A DNA stretch of 64,000 bases, from positions 48,176,001 through 48,240,000 of the forward strand of contig NC_045697.1 in assembly GCF_009834535.1 (NCBI RefSeq), given 5' to 3'. Below are positions 27,411 to 40,010 of this stretch, in pieces. The notes below the pieces were generated by a model that worked only from the letters and a program-made list of their open reading frames with translations, was not told the origin of the DNA and did no database searches. A program made the position numbers and the translations under genes. Each line of letters opens with the position of its first letter. The stretch's first letter is position 1. This DNA comes from Camelus ferus. Its lineage: Eukaryota.

Positions 27411-29589
27411 TTGAGTGCTTTGTATCTTGTTATTAAATACATTAAAATTTGCCACATAAATGACACAAAGCTGAGGGAGATAACAATTGCTCTGTAACGT
27501 GGAATGCAAGAAATATTATGTGTCTATTTTCTAAAAAGAGTTCTATCAAGCTAGTTTCTTCTCTCATCAGGGTTGATAGAAATGCCAATATGTCTCTGTT
27601 TTTATGACCCTTCTGAGCTAATGATCATGGAAAATAGTGGAGACTGTTGGTTCTTAATCACTTTTCGATGTCATTGCCGTTGGTCTTTGCCCAGGCCCAC
27701 ATGGCTCAGTGGAAAGCTGCCAGGTTTGGTGAGACTTGGTTGTTCCCTCCCCTACTGCTGAGCTCAGACGTGGGCCCTCCATGGGAGACTGCAAGGCTGA
27801 GATGGTTAGAGCTTCCCGTGCGTATCCAGGCAACTGTCTCTGCCAGTGGCTCTGCCCGTCACTAGTGAGCCTCATCAGAGTGAACCAGAATTTCCTCATC
27901 TACTCGTAAAGCACAGAGCCCTTACCATCTTTCTCTTCAAATTAACCAACCTAGTCAACTTTGGCTTCTACAGTGCAAGGGAGGAAGTTGGGGATGAGTG
28001 CCAAGAAAAGGAAATATTTTCTGATTTCTTTTTCCCAGGAAGAGTCTATACCTACCCACCCCCCACCAAAAAGAAAAAAAAAAAAAGAAAGAAAGAATGA
28101 AAGAAAGAAAAAATGTGCAGTACACCAAATAAACCTCTCAGCAATTTACTGTTACACCTTCAAGATAAACAATCATGAGTCATTCTTCACTGAGTGTTAA
28201 GAAAATGTTTAATAAGACTGAGAAGGGAAGAGAACTCTATGAAAGCTTCCAGGGCAGCCTAAGTTGGCTATGAACTGAGCCACAGGTGTCCTGCCCAAGA
28301 ATTGCAAGAGTGACTATGTGGCTGACCAGGAGGTGGGTGGAATAGTGCTGAGATCTAGAGAAACTCGACCCTTTTTCACACAAGAAAAGTCTGCATGAGT
28401 AACTCTCCTGCTCTGCCTGCTTTCCTCTCTAGTGAATAAACTGTGTGTTCAGTGTGTTATTCAAAATTTTTGAGCCCCTGTGCTTAAGACTTTAAATATA
28501 GAAGAAAAATAAAGAACATCTCAGCGTTTGTAGAGGATGGAGAGAAACAGCTGCAAAACAAAATGTGCCCTAGTCAGCTGTCTGTCTCCGAGAGGAGATA
28601 AAACGAACCAGGGAAGATGACCGTTGATGCTTAGCAATTTTCATTCAAGCAATGCTGAACTTCTGTGTGCGAAAGACTGCACTACAAACCTGCATGTGTG
28701 AAGTGCTCAGAGCAGTGTCCAGCTCAGTAAGTGCTAGCTCTATCATTACCATTAGTATTAACAGCAGATTTCTTTTACTCTCTCTCCTATAACCTTTTTG
28801 AAAGAAATTGTAGCAAAGGCAAAAATCTTATTTGTGCAAACTTCCTGTCCTCCCTCCTTAGGCTATAAGTTCTGTAGACTAGGAATTATCCTGGGAAGGA
28901 GACTGATGTAAAAAAAAAAAGAGAGAGAGAGAGAGAGAAAACAGCTTTCCTTTTATAGGTGCTAATTTATTCTCCTTTTTGAAACTGGAGTCAGAATCAG
29001 AAAGCTAAACATCATTAGAACTATGCTCACTCCCTAAGAATGAACATGCTGTAAGAGCTTGTTTGAATACTGTGTTTTAACATTGGGTTATTTTAGTATA
29101 CTGTTCCTGGCAAAAAAAAAAAAAAACAACTATATTAAAGACATGAATCAAGAACTGTTTCACAGTTGAAACTGAAAAATACCCATCATTCTGTTTGAAT
29201 AAAAAAAAAAATTTGAATGCTGCTACAAACCACATCCTGGAAGTGAAGAAATATTTTGCATAGCTAGCATCCTCCTTAGGACTGTGTTATATGATGCAGA
29301 ATGAGGAAATAAAATACCTAATTATAGCTTAAGACCTTTCTTGCCTCCAGTTAGAGGGCTGGTTTTCCCTAAGATATCTGGTAGGCAGTACAGCTAGATG
29401 CCATTCTAGGACTCCTCTCACCCTGTGACCCCTGTAGCCCTGGGTAGCTTCTTATCTACTGCAGTCACTGTTTAACTTTTCAAAGGAAAAGTTAAAAAGG
29501 AAAAGGAAAAAAATGTTGCTACTTTTTCATCTCCTGTTTCCCCATCACAGTTTGACCCTGTAATCTACCCCTCCTCTGTTACAATACTG

Positions 29590-29822
29590 TCTAACACTTA
29601 TAGAGCATTTATTCTCACCCAGCACCATGCTAAGTGCTTTACCCTGACTAGCACATTTAACCTTCACAAGAAACTCATAAAGTGAGCAATATTTTCACTC
29701 CCATTTACAGGTGAAGAAACTGAAGCACAGAGAGGCTAAGGGAGTTATCCAAACTTCCACAGCTAATTAACAACAAGCCAGGACTTGAATCCAAGCAGAC
29801 AGGCTTTTGAGTTTATGCTCTT
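29590..29822 (-). mobile_element. MIR SINE interrupted at its 5' head by L1 (head resumes at 31564-31580)
   Basis: CCCATTTACAGGTGAAGAAACTGAAGCACAGAGAGGCTAAG...GGACTTGAATCCAAGCAG. Confidence 0.9.
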
Positions 29823-31563
29823 CCCCTCCCCCCAGCTTAATTGAGATATGATTGACCTATAATATTGTGTGAATTTAATCTGTACAATGTGATGATTTGA
29901 TGTGTTCGTATATTGCATAATGATTACCACCATAGTGTTAGCTTGCACCTCAATCATGTGATATAAATTGCCACTTTTTTGTGGTAACAATATTTAAGAT
30001 CTACTCTCTCAGCAACTTTCAAGTATATAATACAGTATTGTTAACTATAATCACCATGCTGTACCTTAGACCCCCAGAATTTATTAATCTTATAACTGGA
30101 AATTTGTATTCTTTGACCAGCATCTCCCCACTTCTACCACCCTCCCAGTCCATTCTACTTTCTATGAGTTTGGCTTCTTTTAGATTCCACATATAAGTGA
30201 TATCATACAGTATTTGTCTTTCTGTGGCTGACTTATTTCATCTAGCATAATACCCTCAAGTTTCATCCAAGTTACTGCAAAAGCAAAATTTCCCTTTTTC
30301 TCATGGCTGAATGATATTCCGTTGTGTGTGTGTGTTTGTATTTATATATATTTATATATTTACATATACACATATGTATATGTCTTCTTTATCCATTCAT
30401 ACATTGATGGACACTTACGTTTTTTCCACATCTTGGCTATTTTGTATAATCCTGCGATGAATATGGGAGTGCAGATATCTCTTCAAAATCCTGTTTTCAT
30501 TTCCTTTAGATATATACCCCTAAGGAGAATTGCTAGATTGTATGGTAGTTCTATTTTTAATTTTTTGAGGAACTGCCGTACTATTTTCCATGGTGGCTGT
30601 ACCAGGTTATGTTCCTACCAACAGTGCACAAGGGTTCCCTTTTCTCAACAACCTCTACAACACTTGTTATCCCTTGATATTTTATGACAGCCATTTAACA
30701 GTATGAAGTAATGTCTCACTCTGGTTTTGATTTGCATTTCCCTGGTTAGTGATGTTGAGCACCTTTTCATGTACCTGTTGACATTTGTATATATTCTTAA
30801 AAAAAAAAAAGTCTATTCAGGTCCTTTGCCCATTTAAAAATCAGATTATTTGGATTTTGGCCTTAAGCTGTGTGAGTTTTTTATATGCTTTGGATCTTAA
30901 CCCCTTATCATGATTTGCAGATATTTTTCTCCCATTCCATATGTTGCCTTTTCATTTAGCTGATTGTTTCTTTTGATGTACTTCCATTGATTAATTTCTG
31001 CTTCTGTGTGCTTTTGAAGTTACATCCAAAAAATTATTGCCAAGATCAATGTCAAGGAACTTTTTTCCCCATGCTTTCTTCTAGGAATTTTATGGTTTCT
31101 GTTCTTATGTTTAAATTTTTAATCCAGTTCAAGTTAATTTTTGTGAATGGTATAAGATAGGGATTGAATTGTATTCTTCTGCGTATGGTTATCCAGTTTC
31201 CCAACACCATTTATCCTTTCCTCACTGAGTATTATTGGCAACTTTGTCAAATATTAGTTAACCATGTATGTGAGGGTTTATTTCTAGTCTCTAAATTGTG
31301 TTCCATTGGTCTATGTCTCCATTTTTTATGCCAGTATCATATTACTTTGATTATTATAGATTTGTAGTATAGTTTGAAACCAGGAAATGTGATTCCTCCA
31401 GTTTTATATGCTTTCTCATAATGGCTTTGACTTCATGGTCTTTTGTGGTCCCATATGAAATTTAGGATTATTGGGGGTTTTTTTATTTCTATGAAAAATC
31501 ACCTTGGAATTTTGATAGGAATTGTACTGAATCTATAGATGGCTTTGGGTGGTATGGAACCAT
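29823..31563 (-). mobile_element. 5'-truncated L1 (L1MA-like) with TSD
   Basis: Continuous antisense 3'UTR and ORF2 C-terminal region; TSD AGTTTATGCTCTT (29810-29822) / AGTCCATGCTCTT (31564-31576). Confidence 0.93.
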
Positions 31564-31609
31564 AGTCCATGCTCTTAATGACTGAGTTCTGGTAGTTTTT
31601 CATGATAAA

Positions 31610-31745
31610 TGCCAGAGCTGAAAGGGAGCTTGAAAATTAATTACTTCAAACCCGTCATTTTACAGATTCAACTAAAGGATGGTTAAAGTATTGCTGTTTA
31701 CTATTTATCCTATTGTAGACCAAATCTAGGCATCCCAACTTTCAT
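31610..31745 (-). mobile_element. MIR remnant
   Basis: AGAGCTGAAAGGGAGCTTG...CAAACCCGTCATTTTACAGAT. Confidence 0.55.
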
Positions 31746-31799
31746 CTTGTTTACCTTACATCATCACGGAAATAAGGCAGAATATAAATGAGACTCCCA

Positions 31800-31985
31800 A
31801 CCATGCTGGTTATCTGCCGGTCTCTCCAGATGTGCACTCTACTCTGCTTACTGCCCAGGAAGCCGACTTACACAGGCTGCATCAGTGGGCTCCCTTTCTC
31901 CCTGGATTCCAGTGGATTTTGACCAGTGGAGGGGCCCCAGCAGAAGATTCAGGGAGGAGAGGGAAACTAGGGTATTTATTCTAAT
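31800..31985 (+). mobile_element. ERVL LTR fragment (LTR33-like)
   Basis: GCTGCATCAGTGGGCTCCCTTTCTCCCTGGATTCCAGTGGATTTTGACCA; similar to 39590-39720. Confidence 0.6.
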
Positions 31986-31989
31986 GTGC

Positions 31990-32582
31990 TGTATAGTTAT
32001 TTATTGCTGCTTAACAAATTATCTCAAATTTAGTGGTATAAAATTACCATTTTATTGGGCTCACAAATTTTTTGGGTCAGGAATTCAGACAGAGCATAGT
32101 GGGGATGGCTTCTCTCTGCTCCACTGTGTTTAGGATCTTATCTGGAACTCAAGGCTAAAGGTGGCTTCACAGCTGGGAGCTTATTATCTTAAGACATGTT
32201 CACTCACATGTCTAGCAGCTGATGTTAGTTATTGGCTGGGACTTTAGATGAATATTTGGCCAAAATATCTCCATATGGACTCACTGTTGGCCTCCCCACC
32301 TATGCGAGTTTGGGCTTCTTCACAGATAGCATCTGGGTTCCAACAGTGAGTGTCCCCAAGAAAGCAGATTGACATGCTTGACATTTTTATGTTCTAGCCT
32401 TGGGGGTTGCACAGTGCCACTTCCATCGAGCTCTTTTGGTCAAAATAGTCACAAAGCTCTGCCCAGATTAAAGGAGAGAGAATATAAATGACAACACTTT
32501 ATGGCAGAAATGTCAAGGTCACATTGTAAGAAAAGCATGTGGGATGGGAGAGATTTTGCAGTCATCTTTGGAAAGTACACAA
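31990..32582 (-). mobile_element. MaLR solo LTR (MLT1F/G/H-like)
   Basis: TATTGCTGCTTAACAAATTATCTCAAATTTAGTGG...GGGTCAGGAATTCAGACAGAGCA...GAAAAGCATGTGGGATGGGAGA...CATCTTTGGAAA. Confidence 0.85.
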
Positions 32583-33307
32583 TGAGTATGGCTCAACCGG
32601 AGAGGCATGCCTAGCAGGGAAAGAAGTGTATTAAAAAATTTATGAAAATGTAAAAGAAGCAGCATGTTATACAACTGTTATTCAAGGTACCCTCTAGGCT
32701 TAAAAAAAAATGGATTCAGAACCAAGTTCCTAAAATACCCCCAATTCTTCCTGTGAAAATGAATGTTCTTGACCATGCCTTGTATGTCCCCTGAAAGAAC
32801 TTCTTTCCTCCCTGCTCCTCTCTCTCTCTTTCTTTTTCTTTCTCTCTCGGAAAGAGGATATTGTGAGGACAGTATGGGTGGGAAAGAGCTTTTTATTCAG
32901 GAAAGAAATTGCTCAGCGTTTCCCTTTTATAACTTCAGAAATCTTGCCATAGTATGCAAAGCAGTCTTCAGGAGGGTTGGAAGGCCGGCTCTACTTCTGA
33001 GGTAATGCTGAAAATACAGTTAGTGCTGGTTTCAAAAAGATTTTCAGAAGGTCTTCGATAAATATGATAACATTGAAAGCAAGGTTCCACAAATGTATAT
33101 ATACTTCACTCTAGTCATGGAATTAAAGAAGCAAAAAGAGACCTTAGTACCTCTTTATGGCCCAACCCCATTATTTTGCAAGCATGGAAACTGGAAATGA
33201 GACGTTAAGAGGCACACCTAAGATCTACACTGCTTGGACTTCTGTTATTTATGAAAAATTTGAAATAGATCCTAACTCAAACTCCCCACTTCTCTTAGAG
33301 GTATATC

Positions 33308-34180
33308 TTTTAAATTGAACTTTTTATTTTGAGATAATTGTATATTCACACACAGCTATAAGAATAATAGAGATCTCATGTTTTCCATTTTCCCCAATGA
33401 TAAGATCTTATAAAACAACATTGTAACCAGCATATTGATGCTGATGCAGTGAAGATACAGAATGTTCTTCTTAACACAAGGATCCCTTATGTTGTCCTGA
33501 AATAACCACACATACTTCTTCCTGCCCCACCCCCTTCTTAACCACTGGTAACTACTAATTTGTCCACCATTTCTGTAATTTGTCATTTAAGGAATGTTAC
33601 CTACGTGGAATCATAACAGTATATAAGCTTCTGGGATCAGCTTTTTCCACTCAGCATAGTTCTCTGGAGATTCAACCAGGTGGTTGAGTGTGTCAATAAT
33701 TTGTTCTTTTTATTACTAAGTGGTATTCCATGCTGTGGATGTACCACAGTTTCACCGTTTACTTGTTGAAGGACATCTTGTTTGTTTCCAGTTTTGTGCT
33801 GTTAGAAATAAAGCTCTTATAAACATCATATTCCAGTTTTTGTGTGTAAACATAATCTTCATTTGTCTGGGATAAATTCCCAGGAGTGCAATTGCTGGGT
33901 CATATGGTAGCTGCTTATTAAGTTTTTAAAGAAACTGCCAAACTGTTGTCTCGAGTGGCTGTATCACTTTATGTTCCCACCAGCAATGTATGAGTTATCC
34001 ACCCAGTCTCTGCTTCTCCCCACCAGCCTTTGGCATCACAGCTGGTTTTCATTTTAGCTGTTCTCACGGGTGTGTCATGCTCTCTATCAGTGGTTTTGTG
34101 TTTCCCTGTAACTAATGATGTTAGGCATCTTTTCACATGCTTATTGACCATCTGTATGTCTTCTTTGGTGAAATGTGTCA
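33308..34180 (-). mobile_element. Old L1 (L1MC/MD-like) 3' fragment
   Basis: Antisense 3'UTR plus ORF2 C-terminal remnant FTKEDIQMVNKHVKRCLTSLV. Confidence 0.9.
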
Positions 34181-34329
34181 CAGGCATATTTAAAAATGTT
34201 TAATACAAGCAAAGTCTACCTGCCAGCTTGCTCACTAATTCTTAGGGTCTTGTTTGCCAAAGTTCCAGTCCCTGATATTCACAAAAGGAAACCAACTTGC
34301 CCACCATTTTCCAGCCCCACTGGCCTCTG

Positions 34330-34705
34330 TCAGCATCTTCAGCACGTCAAACTCTTCTCGTTTGGCCAGCAAACACAATGGCTCTGTGACCAGTCTGCCT
34401 GGATCCCCATGTGGCTGGCTCTTTTCAACTTTGAGTCTCAGCTTAAAGGCCACTGCTTCAGAAAGGTCTCCCTTGACTTCCTTAAGTTGGTCCTCTGTTA
34501 GTCTCTCTTGTGGCTCTGGTCTCCCTCTGTTACGTTTACCCAAGTCTGCAGTTTTACTTATCTGTTTCTTGTCACCATCTTCACTTACATCATGTTGTGC
34601 AGACTCCATCAGGCCAGGGACCTTGTGTCTTTTCTCACTTGAAGCCTCGGCACCCGGGCTAAGCGCCAAGTATTTAATAAACCAGCAGATTTGGTGAATG
34701 AATGG
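34330..34705 (+). mobile_element. L2 3' end
   Basis: TCTCAGCTTAAAGGCCACTGCTTCAGAAAGGTCTCCCTTGAC...CTCCATCAGGCCAGGGACCTTGTGTCT...TGGTGAATGAATG. Confidence 0.85.
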
Positions 34706-35048
34706 GTCCCTTTCAGTGTCACTTTATCCAGATTTCAAGTTACCCCAGGCTTCTCCCTCTTGAATGTATTTTCTATCATTTTCCTTTTCTATTTACCTAC
34801 TGTCATCACCATCACCATCCTTAGGATTAAGCTAAGACATACATCATATTTTACCACGTGAAACACTTGATAATATGAAGATCTATTTTAGGTTGAGTTG
34901 GCATTTAGTCACTAAACCTATTTCATGAATATTTAACATAGAAAAAATTTTTATTTAGTGTATTAATATATATTATCTAATGCATTATCCAATTTCACAA
35001 AGTAAAAATGTTTATGATTCAGATACATAGGAATATATACTAAAGTAG

Positions 35049-35435
35049 CGTTATAGGCTGCATTGTGTTCCCTCAAAGTTTATATGTTGAAGTCCTAATC
35101 CCCAGTACATCAGAATGTGACTGTATTTGGAGAAGGGTCTTTAGAGAGGTACTTAAGGTTAAGTGATATCATTAGGGTGGGCTCTAAACCAATAGGACTG
35201 GTGTCTTTATAAGAAGAGGAAATTTACATACAGATACACACAGAGGGAAGACCACATGAAGACCCAGGGATAAGACACCCATTTACAGACCAAGGAGAGA
35301 GGCTCTAGAAGAAACCAACCTTGCCAATACCTTGTCTTGGACTTCTAGCCTCCAGGACTGTGAGAAAATCAACTTCTGTTATTCAAGTCACTCAGTCTGT
35401 GGTAATTTTTATGACAGCCCTAGCAAACTAATACA
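35049..35435 (+). mobile_element. MaLR solo LTR (MLT1B-like), full length 387 bp
   Basis: (C)GTTATAGGCTGCATTGTGTTCCC...CAGCCCTAGCAAACTAATACA; 5-bp TSD AGTAG (35044-35048) / AGTTG (35436-35440). Confidence 0.93.
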
Positions 35436-37773
35436 AGTTGTTAATAGTAGCAAGATGAGATGGTAGAATTGTGGAAATTCACTGTTTGATCCTCTGCATT
35501 TTTAAATTTCTATAAAATTATCTACAAATCTTGTTACTAAAATTATTTTAATGCTACCCCACCCTAAGCTGGTAGATGGAGATAATTTGAGATGAAATTA
35601 ATGAGAAAATGATAAATGAAGAAGGAACAAGCTGGCTAATTAATCCCCCCTCTTGTCATTGAATACATTGAAAATGAATTTGTAGCTGAAGTTGAATGAG
35701 CTTTTAAAGTCTTGACTGAAGGAAAGTGTGCTGAGTGGTCGGTCCTCTGAACAGACCATGATCACCCAGGCAAGATGGCCTGTATTCTTCACCTGGAATC
35801 AGATCTTCAGTGTGGTCCACGGCCCAGTGCTCCAGGGACTATGCGTGCAGCTTCTAAAGCCTTGATCTGAGACTCACAGAACAAACTAACCGCATACATT
35901 CCTTTTTAGTTACTTGGAAATAAATTCCGGACTGGGCTGCCCATACCAAGACGAATGATGGACATTGGCTCTGGAAGTCAATCAGGCAGTAGAGTGTGTG
36001 GTGCTGGTACACTCAACCTCTCACCTCATTAGCAGGGTCAGTTTGTTCATACGTCATCTTCTTTCACTCCCTTGAAAAAATGTAATTGGCCAAGAGTAGC
36101 CAAAGATGATCAGATAAAATCTATTGGACCCAAGGACCTCTATCGACTGGGCCAATCCTCGTTTCGCAGGGGAGAAAACTGGGACCCCAAAATACTCAGA
36201 GTATTCACAGTGCTCACATTTGTGCATAGAGAATATTTATAGCAGTCTACCTCAGTCTGAAGTTAGAGATAAAGGCTCCTTGGAGACGTACGAAGCCTAA
36301 AATTTCTCATGCTATGAACAGCACTTTGGATTCCCTTGTTAGGCCTTGTCTTATATCTCAGAGGGAAATACATTTAAGGGATGTTCCAAAATTAATTTCT
36401 TATCTTACAACATTGGGCTAGAAGTTAAAATCCCATCAGTACTACATCTGGAAAATATAAAGAGATTGATTAACTGTTGGAGAAAACTGTACTATCGCTG
36501 AAGAGTAATTCCGTCTCACCAGTGAATATTGTTCAATAATTACTCTTTTGATAAATTATGTCCTCTCTTCAGCATGCCCAGGTACAGGTATTTGTTTTAT
36601 AGCACTTTGGAACTGATTAAGTAGGGAGCAGATTCATCTGAGAACCAGAACCAAAGGATTAAATATGTACTAAATTATTATATATTTCTACCATATATAC
36701 TTTAACTCTCAGAAGTTAATTGAACTCCTGTACAGTTAAAAACTTTTTAAGAAATAGAATTCAATGGGACAGTCTGTCTTCAAGGAGAGCTCAGTCTAGT
36801 AGAAGAATCACACACATGAGACATTGAGTTGAACAAGCATAACAGAAAATGTCATTCTGCTCTCCCCACTACCTGTTCTGAAGAACAAATACTTCCTTGT
36901 GCCTTAAAAGAAACCTAGGACAGGTCTCAGGACTTTTCTGGTAAATCCCAAGAAACAAAGTCCCTGGTTACTTCTCGAGGTAAAAAAAAAAAAAGGCTTG
37001 TTTCAGTAATTCATACCCTGTAAAAACTCCAGATTTCATTTTAAGGTAAAGTTTCCCCCTCCCGGTGGCTTCTCCATCACCCTCCCAGGGCCCAGCTACT
37101 CCTCTGCCACTTGCTAGGCTGCCTCTGGCTCCTGGAAGGCCGGAGCCTAGGATAGGGGCCAGAGGTGTGCTCAGAGGCAGGGACAGGCTTGGCTGGCCCC
37201 CCGGTGATCTCGGGCCAAGACAGGTGTTTGGTTGACAGCATCTCCTCTGGGTTGGTCAGAGGGACCCGCTGGGAACAGCAAAGGAACTTCCTCTGACATG
37301 GGTGATGCACTTTCTCCCGGGTGGCTGTTTGTATCTCCTCCCTCACTCCCTGAGAATTGGAGGGTCCATCTCTCTGTTGGGGTAACCACACTGCAGGGGA
37401 GTCCTTTTCAGCAGAGTTTGAACTAGCTGTCAGCTGGCTCTCTCTGCCATGGACCCACAGGACCCCTGAGCTGGAAAGGGATGTGCCACTGGCTTTCGGG
37501 GCAACCTGGTTGAGCTCTCTGCTCTCCTGCCCTGACTCGTCACCACGGCTTCTTGCCTTTAGATCCTTCAGCAGTGTTTTACTCTGTTCCTCAAACTTCA
37601 GGGGCTATAGGTCAAACGCTCTTAGTTCATCAAAGCCCTGACAACTAAGCCTGAGGAAGAGGAAAGCACCCTTCATGCCTCTTCCATGAGGTGGGGAGGC
37701 CCACAGCACTAGTGACCCCCTCCAAAGTAATCTTTTTTTCTCTCTCTGTTCCAATTTCTTGACGGAATTCTTT

Positions 37774-38106
37774 TTTTATTATATATTTATCTTTAAAAAA
37801 ATTGAAGTATAGTTGATTTACAATGTTTCAGGTGTGCAGCAAAGTGATTCAGTTATCTATACATACTCATATTCTTTTTCAGATTCTTTCCCATTATATT
37901 TTATTACAAGATATTGAATATTGTTCCCTGTGCTATACAGTACTCTTTGTTATCTATTTTATATATAGTTCCCTGTGCTATACTATATTCTTTATTGTTT
38001 ATTTTATATATAGTAGTGTATATCTGTTAAGCCCAAACTCCTAATTTATCCTACCCTCACTTCACTTTCCCCTTTGGCAACCATAGTCTGTTTTCTATGT
38101 CTGTGT
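37774..38106 (-). mobile_element. Short L1 3'UTR insertion with 15-bp TSD
   Basis: ATTGAAGTATAGTTGATTTACAATGTTTCAGGTGTGCAGCAAAGTGATTCAG; TSD TTGACGGAATTCTTT (37759-37773) / TTGACTGAATTCTTT (38107-38121). Confidence 0.93.
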
Positions 38107-38699
38107 TTGACTGAATTCTTTACTCTCGCTTATGTGGACTGGATAGAGCTGGGGGATAAAACTTGTTTCTAACCAGCTCTGTTGGAAGTTCTGCGTAGGC
38201 AATACAGCTCCTCACTGTGGATTGCGGAGTGGGTTGCTTTTTGGCTCTCAGCAAAAAATAAGACAGAGTCCCATCTTGTCATATTAGCAATTATGTCATT
38301 AATGTGAGATAAGTGAATGCAAGGATAGAAACACACAAAAGCTTTTGGAGCAAATGATATTAGTGCAGACTAAGAAAGGGGAGGTGTTAACAAGTTTCTC
38401 ACGAAGCTCAGGAACTCTCCTGAGCTGAGTTCCTAGAGATAGGAATCCAGGAAAGAGGAAAGAGGAGACATTCCAAGTTAGTTTGTTTTCAGCTGCATGG
38501 TTCATTTGGATTACTTAGGACTGTTTGCTACAATAGCTAATATCACTCTAATACTCTGCATTTTTATCAAACAAAACAACATTTAACATTACAAAGTATT
38601 CTTTCTGGGAAAAGTTGAACCTGAGTCTAGAGGATCTAGTCCGATCATTTATTTATAGAAAGTATGAAGACAGAGGAATAAGTGACACCAACACAAGGA

Positions 38700-39100
38700 A
38701 ACAGATGAATCCAGAATGGGGAACATTGAGGAACTGACACATTTTCTGCAATGAGACAATGAAAGGGGGAAAAGTTGGGAAAAGAGACAACTGAGTATGC
38801 AAGAGACACAACAATGAAATGTGACATGTGGACTTTGTAGATGATGTCAAAGAATTATTAATAATCGTATTAGGTACCATCTGGTATTGTGGTCAAGTTT
38901 TTAAGCACTGCATACTTAAGTATGCAAGGGAGAAATGACACAATGTACTGTACCCTGTACTTTGAACTACTTTAGAAAAAAAAGACAAAAGGGATAGTTA
39001 AGCTAAGATGGAAAATCTTGATCACTGTGCACTTTGGGTGATGGGTAAATGTGATTCATTATTCTTTTCAATTTTGTTAATGTTTAAAATTTTTATAATG
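38700..39100 (+). mobile_element. Old L1 (L1MC/ME-like) 3'UTR
   Basis: AATCCAGAATGGGGAACATT...GGGTGATGGGTAAAT...TTCATTATTC...TGTTTAAAATTTTTATAAT. Confidence 0.7.
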
Positions 39101-39414
39101 ACCTTTGTTCGAAGTTCATTTCTTGTGTTTTTCTAGTATCCCTAGTGGGGTACTTTCCTTCTGATGATGTTGCTTTCATCTTGGGGTTCTCTTTTGCTGA
39201 AAAAGATTTCTCTGAGTTTTCTGCATCCAAATGGGCTGTGGAAAGAGAGAAGAGTGAAATTCACACACTGGCTTCCGCTGACATCCCCTTAGCAAAAACG
39301 TGTCCTCTGGCTTCACCTAGACACAAAGTCGCTCCTGAATGCACAGCCACTTCTAGCCTCTACTGCACACTGGGAAGGCAGAGCAAAGCTCTTCAGTGAT
39401 GGCTCATTGTCTCT

Positions 39415-39530
39415 GCTGCATGCAGATTTCTGGGCTCTGACAGCAGGGATTCTGGTTTAGCAGGCACAGGCGGCCTCAGCAATCTGCTTCCTTAACAAGT
39501 CCCACAGGTGACTCTATGACACAGGGCACA
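39415..39530. mobile_element. MER5-like MITE remnant
   Basis: ATGCAGATTTCTGGGC...GATTCTGGTTTAGCAGG...AATCTGCTTCCTTAACAAG...CAGGTGACTCT. Confidence 0.65.
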
Positions 39531-39534
39531 CTAA

Positions 39535-40010
39535 ATATCTTCCATTTACTCTCCCAGGCAACACTCCACCCTTCACCACCACGTGTCCTGTACGGCTGAC
39601 CACCATGGACTATGTCAAGGAGTTCCTTTGCCCTGTGGCTTCCAGTGGGGTTCAGCCAAAGCTGAGCACTGAGACTAGAGGGAAGGAGGGGATGGAAAGG
39701 AGGAGACTGAGGAGAGGAGACTTTGTTCCCAACCCCTACTCACCACAGAATGGCCACCCTGAGGTTTTTCTTCCCCCTCCAACAGTCACAGTTCATTCAG
39801 CTGGCTCTCTCCATAGCCCTTTCTGTCTCCAGGTTCTGATAAGTGTTCCCTCCCCTCACCCCTTCCAGCCTAGGGCCAGTACCAATGTCCCACCAGAATA
39901 TTACTTTATCCACATGGCTTCTCTATACCTGCCCACACCCTAATAAACAGTGCTTTTATTCAATTTGCCTCAAATTCCCATCTGTTTCTGCTGGAACCCT
40001 GGCTGATACA
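39535..40010 (+). mobile_element. ERVL solo LTR (LTR33-like)
   Basis: Ends TAATAAACAG...CATCTGTTTCTGCTGGAACCCTGGCTGATACA. Confidence 0.7.

Noticed and set aside
34235..34697. Opposing 144-aa and 147-aa ORFs
   Set aside because: Both lie largely in an L2 3' end; no protein-family signal.
37077..37641. GC-richer block with several ORFs as an exon
   Set aside because: Few CpGs, no recognisable product and no convincing splice-site pair.
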